Shown here in pieces: positions 15,787 through 23,688 of a stretch of 24,839 bases of DNA. The notes beneath the pieces are model-generated. The model worked only from the letters and a program-made list of their open reading frames with translations. It ran no database searches and was not told the DNA's origin. Each line of letters opens with the position of its first letter. Position 1 is the first letter of the stretch. This DNA is from an uncultured archaeon (GTDB lineage: Archaea; Nanobdellota; Nanobdellia; Pacearchaeales; GW2011-AR1). Both the position numbers and the translations under genes were made by a program. The stretch lies in contig CBDVES010000001.1 in NCBI GenBank assembly GCA_965373065.1, forward strand, positions 1-24,839. The letters are read 5' to 3'.

Positions 15787-17340
15787 ATGCCAGAAGAATT
15801 TCTAAAAAATATCACACCAAGAGAATATCAGCAAAAAATTTTTGAAACCTGTGCAGAAAAAAATTGTCTGGTTGTGCTTCCAACAGGAATTGGAAAAACC
15901 CTTATCGCCCTGATGCTCACAATAAAAAGAATGAAAAAATTTCCAGGAGAAAAAGTAGTTTTCCTCGCACCAACAAAACCTTTGGCAGAACAGCACTTAA
16001 TTTATTTTAAAAAACACCTCCCTGAATTATTTGGTGACATGCAATTATTTACTGGCATGATAAAAGCAGAACAAAGAAAAAAAATCTGGCAGACAGCAGA
16101 CATAATTTTTTCAACCCCGCAATGTGTTGCAAATGATTTAAAAAACAAATTATATAATTTGCAAAATGTCTGCCTGCTTGTTGAAGATGAAGCCCACAAA
16201 TGCGTTAAAAATTATGATTACAATTACGTTGCTCAAGAATACAAAAAACAATCTCAGCATCCAAGAATTTTGGGATTAACAGCTTCGCCAGGCAGTGATA
16301 TATCTGGCATAAAAGAAATTTGCAAAAATCTTTCTATAAAAGAAGTTGAACTAAGAACAAGAGAAAGTGAAGATGTAAAACAATATCTCCAGGAATTAAA
16401 ATTCAAAAAAGTCCTTATAAATTTCCCTCCTGAATTTGAAGAAATAAAACATATCTTATTAAAATTATTTGACCAATATATAGAAGAATTACGACGCAGA
16501 AAAGTTCTTTTTGGACCATGCAACAAAACAATTCTGATTGCACTTCAAAAAAAAATCATGGGAACATTGGCAAGAGGAAACAGAAATTTTAATTACATGC
16601 TCGGAGCAAGTGCGTGCGCTCAGGCAATAAAACTCCAGCATGCACTGGAACTTCTTGAAACCCAGACACTATCAGGCTTTAACAAATATTTGAAAAACTT
16701 ATTTAACCAGGCAGCAAAAAAACAAAGCAAAGGTGTTGTGAAACTTGTGGCAAAACCAGAATTTAATTTTGTTTATATGCAATCCAATGAACTCTTGGCA
16801 AAAAACATAGAGCACCCAAAACTCAAAGAACTTGTAAAAATAATAAAACAAGAAAAACTGAAAAATAAAAAAATAAAAATTATTGTCTTCACTCAATTCC
16901 GGGATACTGCTACAATAATTTCAAAAAATCTCAATGAACTAAATGGGATAAAAGCAAAAGTTTTTGTTGGGCAGGCAAAAAAAGACGGCACAGGATTAAA
17001 TCAAAAACAGCAGAAAAAAATAATTGAAGAATTTTCCGACGGGAAAATAAATGTTTTGTGTGCGACTTGTATTGCTGAAGAAGGTCTTGACATCCCCGAG
17101 GTTAATGCTGTTATATTTTACGAGCCAATACCTTCGGCAATAAGGGCAATTCAAAGAATGGGAAGAACTGCCCGTTTAATACCTGGTAAAGTAATGGTCT
17201 TAATAACAAAAAACACAAGAGACGAAACTTTTTATTATGTGTCCAGGGCAAGAGAAAAGAAAATGCATTCTGCAATAAACACAATTAAACAAGATTTAAA
17301 CAATGGAAAGAAATTAGATTTTCAGGAGAAGTTAAGATGA
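15787..17340 (+). CDS. hef: Hef/FANCM/Mph1-family SF2 helicase (helicase module only)
   Basis: Q motif PREYQ, Walker A PTGIGKT, DEAH (EDEAHK), TASPG, EEGLDIP and QRMGRTAR. Confidence 0.9.
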   Translation: MPEEFLKNITPREYQQKIFETCAEKNCLVVLPTGIGKTLIALMLTIKRMKKFPGEKVVFLAPTKPLAEQHLIYFKKHLPELFGDMQLFTGMIKAEQRKKIWQTADIIFSTPQCVANDLKNKLYNLQNVCLLVEDEAHKCVKNYDYNYVAQEYKKQSQHPRILGLTASPGSDISGIKEICKNLSIKEVELRTRESEDVKQYLQELKFKKVLINFPPEFEEIKHILLKLFDQYIEELRRRKVLFGPCNKTILIALQKKIMGTLARGNRNFNYMLGASACAQAIKLQHALELLETQTLSGFNKYLKNLFNQAAKKQSKGVVKLVAKPEFNFVYMQSNELLAKNIEHPKLKELVKIIKQEKLKNKKIKIIVFTQFRDTATIISKNLNELNGIKAKVFVGQAKKDGTGLNQKQQKKIIEEFSDGKINVLCATCIAEEGLDIPEVNAVIFYEPIPSAIRAIQRMGRTARLIPGKVMVLITKNTRDETFYYVSRAREKKMHSAINTIKQDLNNGKKLDFQEKLR

Positions 17341-18014
17341 AACCCCTCCATAACATTTTCTCAGCAAAAAAACAAAGAATAAAAAAAGATTTTCCAAAAC
17401 CAAAAATAATAATAGACTATCGTGAAAAACAATCCTTAGTTGCTTCAGAACTTGTAAAACTTGGTTTTGAAATTAAATTTAAAGAATTAAAAGTTGCAGA
17501 TTATATTGTCAAAGATGTTGCCATAGAAAGAAAAACAATCCCTGATTTTATTTCTTCAATGTTAAACAACCACTTGGTAAACCAGATTAAAGAACTCCAG
17601 CAATATGAAAAAAAATTGCTAATCATTGAAGGAATTAGCGAACAAGAGGTTTATCCGGAAAATAACAGTGTTTCACCTAATGCTGTGCGGGGATTCTTGC
17701 TTTCAATTTTACTAAAACACAAAATTCCAATAATGTTCACTCAAAATGCAGAAGATACTGCAAAATTCATCAGAACAATTGCAAACAAAAGAAAAAATGA
17801 AATGTCGCTTAATCCAAAAAAGAAACCATTAAACAAAAAAGAACAAATGCAATTTATCCTCGAGGGTTTCCCGGGCATAGGTCCAAAAAACGCAAGAAAA
17901 CTCCTGAAAAAACTTTCAACACTTCAAAATATTTTCAGTGCTCCTCAGGATGAACTAAAAAAACTCATCGGCAAAAAAGCAGAAATCTTCCTAATCACAG
18001 AATTGAAATATTAA
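17337..18014 (+). CDS. ERCC4/XPF-family endonuclease with HhH domain (Hef nuclease module)
   Basis: IIDYRE, ADY, IERKT, LIIEG and GFPGIGPKNA. ATGA overlap with the helicase. CAGGAG lies 8 nt upstream. Confidence 0.9.
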   Translation: MKPLHNIFSAKKQRIKKDFPKPKIIIDYREKQSLVASELVKLGFEIKFKELKVADYIVKDVAIERKTIPDFISSMLNNHLVNQIKELQQYEKKLLIIEGISEQEVYPENNSVSPNAVRGFLLSILLKHKIPIMFTQNAEDTAKFIRTIANKRKNEMSLNPKKKPLNKKEQMQFILEGFPGIGPKNARKLLKKLSTLQNIFSAPQDELKKLIGKKAEIFLITELKY

Positions 18015-18265
18015 CTTTTCACTGCAAGGTCGTCTAAATGTTGGTCTTTTAAAATACACACTTCTTTCAAACCTTCCCAAAAAGAATTTTTATTTCTAAG
18101 AGGTTGCACTTTCAAATACAAAATTCCGTTTTGATTGACATCTTTTTCAACTACTCTATAATTTTTAAGTTGACTATTAACAATTGGTTGTTTACTTTCA
18201 AAAACAGGGGAAGCATAATCTCTATCAAGTTCAAGATAATCTCTCACAGTTTTTATATTTTCCAT
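18011..18265 (-). CDS. Hypothetical protein (84 aa)
   Basis: Non-shadow ORF with a TTTAAA box upstream. Stop codons overlap tail-to-tail with the nuclease gene. Confidence 0.55.
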   Translation of the reverse strand: MENIKTVRDYLELDRDYASPVFESKQPIVNSQLKNYRVVEKDVNQNGILYLKVQPLRNKNSFWEGLKEVCILKDQHLDDLAVKS

Positions 18266-18370
18266 TAAAATAAATTCAACAAAAAACCCTTTTTAAAAAT
18301 TATTATTCTAAAAAATATATTTTGCAATCCAAAAACCATATAAAGCTTTCAAACATTTTTTATTTATATT

Positions 18371-18904
18371 TTAATTTAAATTATATTCTTCAATAGTTTC
18401 ATAAACTGCTTTCTCCTTGCTCAAAATTGATTTCTTTAATTTAAAACAGCCAACATTAAATTTTATTTCTGGGATTTTTATCTCTCCAAGTTTTTTCAAA
18501 AATTCATTTTTATCTTTCAAATCCTTTACTCTTGCGATTGTCAAATGACTCATAAATCTTTTTTCAGGTTTAAAAAAATCTTTTAAATTATCATCAACAA
18601 GTTTTTGCAATCCTTCGCAGTTATTTAAATGCAGCCAAACAGACCCATATCTTTTCCCGCGTTTGATGTTGTCAAAAAACCCCACATATTTTGCTTCTGT
18701 TTCAAACCTTTCAAATTTAATTTCTCTTAATTTATTTTTTACTTCCTCAATTTTTTCCTCATCAACTTCTCCTAAAAACTTTAAAGTCAAATGAAGATTT
18801 TCATACTCTGTCTTTTTTCCATAAAATTCTGGAAGAGCGTCCTGAATATTTTTAATTTTATATCTCACTTTTTCAGGAATATCTATTGAAATAAATGTTC
18901 TCAT
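18371..18904 (-). CDS. thpR: RNA 2',3'-cyclic phosphodiesterase (2H family, 2'-5' RNA ligase-like)
   Basis: Two HxT motifs (HLTLKF, HLTIAR). N-terminus MRTFISIDIP. Start re-assigned to 18904, 1 nt after the arginase stop. Confidence 0.9.
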   Translation of the reverse strand: MRTFISIDIPEKVRYKIKNIQDALPEFYGKKTEYENLHLTLKFLGEVDEEKIEEVKNKLREIKFERFETEAKYVGFFDNIKRGKRYGSVWLHLNNCEGLQKLVDDNLKDFFKPEKRFMSHLTIARVKDLKDKNEFLKKLGEIKIPEIKFNVGCFKLKKSILSKEKAVYETIEEYNLN

Positions 18905-18905
18905 C

Positions 18906-19709
18906 TTACAACAACTCACCCAATATTTTAGCTCCCAATTTAACAGTCAATCCATGTTTATCTTTTTCAGGATTAATCTCAACAATATCCACGGCTCTAA
19001 GATTTTTAATTTTATTTATTCTTTGAATCAAATAAATAAACTCTCTGCTCGTCAATCCTCCTGGTTCTTTGTAACAAACAGCAGGAGCAAAAGCAGGGTC
19101 AATAACATCCATATCAATAGAAACATAAAGTTCTTTCTTATTTGCAAATTCCAAAATTGTATCTGCAATATTATCAATATCTTCAACAATTGAATTAATA
19201 TTTATTCTTGTAATTTTTTTTTCTTTTAAAAATTCTAATTCAGTTTTCCAGATATTCCTCGCCCCAACTAATAAAATATTCTTTGCAGGAAAACCATCTT
19301 CAATTAATTTCCTCAGCCACTCTTCATGCGTCGGCTCTTTCATCGGCTCCATGCAATCAGCATGAGCATCAAACACAATCAGGCATGGTTGCTTTCCAGA
19401 ATTCTGGCAAAAATCCATAAAAGCCCTTGTCAAAGAATAACTAATTGAGTTATCTCCCCCTAAAAAAACTGTTTTTGGTTTTGTCTTAAAAATTTCCAAA
19501 CAATTTTTATAAATTAACTTATTAGTTAATTCAAGATTTCCATTGTCCAAATGAATTTCCTCTAAATCTAACTCATTCACCTTAACCTCTTTTCCATTTT
19601 CATTTGTGTAAATTTCTTTAAGAGATTTTAAAATTTCATTTCCAGCTTTTTCACAACCATTTGTCTTTCCCAAACCATTTATTCCAGGCACCTTAACTAT
19701 AAATGTCAT
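18906..19709 (-). CDS. Arginase/agmatinase (ureohydrolase) family protein
   Basis: GGDNS, DAHAD, SIDMDVIDPAFAP and VEINP. Start re-assigned to MTFIVKVPG (TTTAAA 21 nt upstream). Confidence 0.85.
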   Translation of the reverse strand: MTFIVKVPGINGLGKTNGCEKAGNEILKSLKEIYTNENGKEVKVNELDLEEIHLDNGNLELTNKLIYKNCLEIFKTKPKTVFLGGDNSISYSLTRAFMDFCQNSGKQPCLIVFDAHADCMEPMKEPTHEEWLRKLIEDGFPAKNILLVGARNIWKTELEFLKEKKITRININSIVEDIDNIADTILEFANKKELYVSIDMDVIDPAFAPAVCYKEPGGLTSREFIYLIQRINKIKNLRAVDIVEINPEKDKHGLTVKLGAKILGELL

Positions 19710-19934
19710 GAGAAAACAGGGAAGAAAGAGTTTAAAACTTCTTTGGTAAAAAATTTTAGAGTAAAAAATAGTTTTTAAAATTACATACTTAAGAATTTGC
19801 TTCATTAAAAAGGGGCTGTCAAAAACTATTAACACATAATCTAATTCTTCTTAGAAATTTAATTGATTTGCACGCTATTTAATATTCTTCCCTTTCCTTT
19901 CTCCTTTATTACACTACTCACATTCCAAGTCTAT

Positions 19935-22900
19935 CTAACAACCCTTTTCACATGAATTAATCATAAATTTATTGGTTGTTGGATTGAAATCAATGCACTT
20001 GTTTTCTGTTTCGTTCTCAACAATTATCTCATCCCGCCCATCATTATCATAATCTAAAACACAAACATTTTTCCCATCATCTTGTCCGAGCAATGCATCT
20101 TTAATTGGAACAAAACTCTTCCCGGTTGATTTCACATAATGCCATTTCCAGCCAGTGGATGTCTTGACTATTAGTACAACATCATCCTTGCCGTCTCCGT
20201 TCATATCTGCAACAAGTGTTTTTTTTCCAACCCCGAATGTCATTGAAAACCAAAGTTCTTCTTTACCTCTTAAACTTGAATCAACAAACCAGTTCAAAGA
20301 TTTCTGATAAATTTTCAAGATATCTTCTTTTCCATCGCCGTCAAAATCAGATCGTTGACCCCATATTGGTTTTTCTTCATGACCTATTACTACAATATCT
20401 TTGTCTACAGAAAAATCATTTGTTATTCCCGCATTATTTATTATTGAAGAAGACGCTTGAGATAAACTTGTAATCACATGATTATTTTCCATAGTAATTG
20501 GACCGCAAACATCCTTACCGCATTCATCATTTTGAATAAACCTTATGTCTTCTATTCCAACACTAAAAATTCCTCTGTCCTGCCAGTAATTATCGTGTAT
20601 ATTATGGTCACCACCCTTGATGACAATAGTTCTTATCTCATTATCAAAAATAACATTATTATAAATCTCAAGATACCTGCTTGCTTTGTCAAGATATAAC
20701 GCACCACCCGTGGAGTCTGCAGGTTCGCTATTCTTATGACCTGTAATTACATTGCCTGAAAAGACACTTCCTGGTTGCGCAGAAAGAGTGTAAATTCCTC
20801 CGCCATCATGAAGCAATTGCATGTTATCATAGATATAGTTATTCTGCAGAAGATTATCCCCTGCGTATGTTGGATCAATCATACCCCAACCCCATCCATT
20901 ATGAATACCTGTGTAAGGCAAACCATAAATTGTATTATGATTTACATTTGTTCTTCTTGCATAACCGACCATTATCCCAACACTGCTAAAATATTCATTT
21001 GCAACATCTGTTATTAAATTATTTTCAATTACATTGTCTTCTGTCGCGCAGCCATCACCCTCATGGTCACAATTATATATGCCTCCCATCCTTACGCCCG
21101 AGGCAGATATGTCTTTGAATAGATTGCCTTTAACAGTGCTGTAATCAGTTCCGTCTCGAAAACTAAGACCAGTACCTCCTAAATGAGTAAAGACATTGTT
21201 TTCAAAGTAAATTTCTTCAACAAAATCAAAACCAACATTCGCTAATATGTTCGGGGTGCTTCCGTGTAGACCATATACATCAGCTTGTGCACATCTACCT
21301 CCTAATTCTTCAGATGGAGCATTCCATGTCGCGTAAGCGAAAGTCAGCCCTTCAAACTTAAGATGATGTAATGATTCTTCCCCTTTAATCAAAGTTTCCA
21401 GTATTGGAGCAATAGCGACAGCGGAATTCATATCCTCTCCATTTCGAGGAATATAATACATGGTTTTATCTATTTTAGAATAATACCATTCCCCTGGAGA
21501 AGACAGAAGAACATAACTGTTTTCAACAAAGTATTTTGTATTTTTCTGACAATGTGGCAAACTGTCATAATCAGTTTTGATGCTATCAAAACAAGCACTT
21601 GAAATTATTAGTTCATTGCCGGAAACACTCTCAATCCCGCATCTGAAATTCTTCCAGCAAAAGGTTTGGACTAATTCCGCACCTTCTAAATCTGATATTT
21701 GGAAACCAAGATTATCCCAAATAATTAGACCATTGTCTGTAATAGTGACTGATTCAAGATTATTCTCTGTTTTTGCCCTTACTGCTCTTTTCCCATTTAC
21801 ATATAATTGTCTAGAATCTAAATCTTCCAAAAATAAATTTAATTTTGCCGTTGACTCTACTTTTGCTTTCCAGATATTTTTTTGCGCGTCGTGAATTCTC
21901 CATCTATAAATTCTTTCACCCCCACTTATAATCGGAATTTCATTTTGATAATTCTTATAAATAACATAGTGATTATTTGTTCCAGAATCTTCTTGTGTAA
22001 AAACGATTGTATCTTCTGGTTCATAAGTTCCTCCTCTTAAATAGACAATAATGTTTTCATTCATATTTGTATTGACAGTCCGTACAGCATCTCTTGCTTT
22101 TTCAATTGTCTTAAATGGATTTGCCAATGTTCCCATGTTATTATCATTTCCGTCAGGCGAAACATAATAAAGACTACTTGTAATAATTTCACAAACTCCA
22201 TTACAACACCTGTCACTATCAGAAGCATCAAGCCATTCTCCTGAACAGGTTTGCAAAGTTGAACAAATAGCTCCGCCTAATTGCGCGCAAGTTTGTTGTT
22301 GAATTCCACAATCTTCTGGGCAATTACATCTATTTTCATTTGTATTACAAACTCCATTTCCGCAAGGTCGGCAAATAGAACCGCAATTAGCACATGCACA
22401 CCCACCATCTTCTTCAAAGCAAAGACCAACTTCTTTTAAACCATAACAACAAGGCGTGTCTTCAGGAGTACATGGGTGAGATTCATCTCTGCAATTTTCC
22501 GAACTTACACAACTAACCCCTTCCCAAATACAATTTCCCAAACCACAAGGATCATCATTACAAGTTGTTGAATCATCATCATAATCTTCGCATGTTGTAT
22601 CAGTACAAGAATTACATTCATTTATAATCAATCTATTTAAAAAATAACAATCCTCATTTGTGCAAGCATAACACTCTGCTCTGTCGCAAACATTCCAAAA
22701 TCCTTCTCCGCAAGTATCACATAATGTACATGTTGGCTCCTCACAAGTTCCACTACAACACCTCTCGCTGTCGCTTGCATCTATCCACGAACCCGAGCAG
22801 ACTTGAGTTGACGAACAAATATTTCCGCCGAGTTGGGAACAAGTTTGAGCAATAAAAGGTTGCGGATAAACATGCCCCGCGATACCTTCGTAAGTATAAC

Positions 22901-23597
22901 CCAAAGTACTCACAGCATTATCTTTCTCATCTTCGCTGATTGTATAGAAATGATCATATTTTCCGGAGTGGTAAAGACGATAGAAAGGTGTTGTATTCGG
23001 CTGTTGCTTTTGATAAATATATCCTGCAATACCTTTGTAAGTATAACCACATTTATTTACAGCATTATCTTTCTCATTCTCGTTGATTGTATAGAGATGG
23101 TTATATATTCTAGAGTTGTAGAGATAATAAAAAGGGACTGTCTGAGGCTGTTGCTTTTGATAAATATATCCTGCAATACCTTTGTAAGTATAACCTAAAG
23201 TACTCACAGCATTATCTTTCTCATTTTCGCTGATTGTATAGAAATGATCATATTTTCCGGAGTGGTAGAGAAGATAAAAACAGGATGTCTCTACCAATTC
23301 CCCACAATCCTCAGGACAATTATACTCACTCTCTGTTTCTGTATCACAAACCCCATTACCGCACTTGGCTGTGCAAATTCCTAAAATACCGACCACATCT
23401 TCAAATTTTGGTTTAATTAATTTCAATCCCCCACAACATTCAGGAGGACTTGGTATAAATTTTCCTTCTGTCACACATCCCCCATAATCCTCTACAATTT
23501 TTCCATTAATCTGTTTCCAAACATCAGAAAAAAATCCTGCAGAAACAAAACTAATCAAAAACAAACATAAAAATAAAATCACTAAACTCTTTTTCAT
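19935..23597 (-). CDS. Large secreted mosaic protein: Cys-rich modules, three DUF5648-type repeats, right-handed beta-helix (GH141-like) and C-terminal FG-GAP/VCBS-like repeats
   Basis: Signal peptide and CGNGVC..NCPEDC x2. HFYT..ENEKDNAV..GYTYxGIAGY x3. YYVSPDGND..GT..PFKTIEKARDAVR..YLRGGTY, RQLYVNGKRAVRA, DGGGIYT and LYLD. DFDGDGKEDI/DMNGDGKDDV/DYDNDGRDEI. Confidence 0.75.
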   Translation of the reverse strand: MKKSLVILFLCLFLISFVSAGFFSDVWKQINGKIVEDYGGCVTEGKFIPSPPECCGGLKLIKPKFEDVVGILGICTAKCGNGVCDTETESEYNCPEDCGELVETSCFYLLYHSGKYDHFYTISENEKDNAVSTLGYTYKGIAGYIYQKQQPQTVPFYYLYNSRIYNHLYTINENEKDNAVNKCGYTYKGIAGYIYQKQQPNTTPFYRLYHSGKYDHFYTISEDEKDNAVSTLGYTYEGIAGHVYPQPFIAQTCSQLGGNICSSTQVCSGSWIDASDSERCCSGTCEEPTCTLCDTCGEGFWNVCDRAECYACTNEDCYFLNRLIINECNSCTDTTCEDYDDDSTTCNDDPCGLGNCIWEGVSCVSSENCRDESHPCTPEDTPCCYGLKEVGLCFEEDGGCACANCGSICRPCGNGVCNTNENRCNCPEDCGIQQQTCAQLGGAICSTLQTCSGEWLDASDSDRCCNGVCEIITSSLYYVSPDGNDNNMGTLANPFKTIEKARDAVRTVNTNMNENIIVYLRGGTYEPEDTIVFTQEDSGTNNHYVIYKNYQNEIPIISGGERIYRWRIHDAQKNIWKAKVESTAKLNLFLEDLDSRQLYVNGKRAVRAKTENNLESVTITDNGLIIWDNLGFQISDLEGAELVQTFCWKNFRCGIESVSGNELIISSACFDSIKTDYDSLPHCQKNTKYFVENSYVLLSSPGEWYYSKIDKTMYYIPRNGEDMNSAVAIAPILETLIKGEESLHHLKFEGLTFAYATWNAPSEELGGRCAQADVYGLHGSTPNILANVGFDFVEEIYFENNVFTHLGGTGLSFRDGTDYSTVKGNLFKDISASGVRMGGIYNCDHEGDGCATEDNVIENNLITDVANEYFSSVGIMVGYARRTNVNHNTIYGLPYTGIHNGWGWGMIDPTYAGDNLLQNNYIYDNMQLLHDGGGIYTLSAQPGSVFSGNVITGHKNSEPADSTGGALYLDKASRYLEIYNNVIFDNEIRTIVIKGGDHNIHDNYWQDRGIFSVGIEDIRFIQNDECGKDVCGPITMENNHVITSLSQASSSIINNAGITNDFSVDKDIVVIGHEEKPIWGQRSDFDGDGKEDILKIYQKSLNWFVDSSLRGKEELWFSMTFGVGKKTLVADMNGDGKDDVVLIVKTSTGWKWHYVKSTGKSFVPIKDALLGQDDGKNVCVLDYDNDGRDEIIVENETENKCIDFNPTTNKFMINSCEKGC
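22850..23290 (-). repeat. Three intragenic 147-bp (49-aa) tandem repeats
   Basis: Copies 1 and 3 are offset by 294 nt. 23197-23267 versus 22903-22973 match at 70/71 nt. Confidence 0.85.
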
Positions 23598-23688
23598 ATA
23601 ATTAAATAGAAATAATAATATATAAAACTTCCTAATCTTCAGGCACTAAAGCAAAGTAAACTTTCCATTAATCCCAAACTTAAATGAA

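Noticed and set aside
17289-17340. Hef split as a simple sequencing frameshift/pseudogene
   Set aside because: The clean ATGA overlap, an upstream SD and intact motifs in both halves indicate a genuine two-gene arrangement.
13474-18335. Similar motif TATTT(T)GCAA(A)TCCAAA at about 13478-13494 and 18318-18333, both upstream of minus-strand promoters
   Set aside because: Only two gapped AT-rich copies, which cannot be distinguished from chance without genome-wide counts.
18905-19835. Longer starts for thpR (18919) and arginase (19835)
   Set aside because: The extensions overlap the neighbouring gene or promoter and lack family-like sequence. Starts at 18904 and 19709 fit the coupling and TATA spacing.
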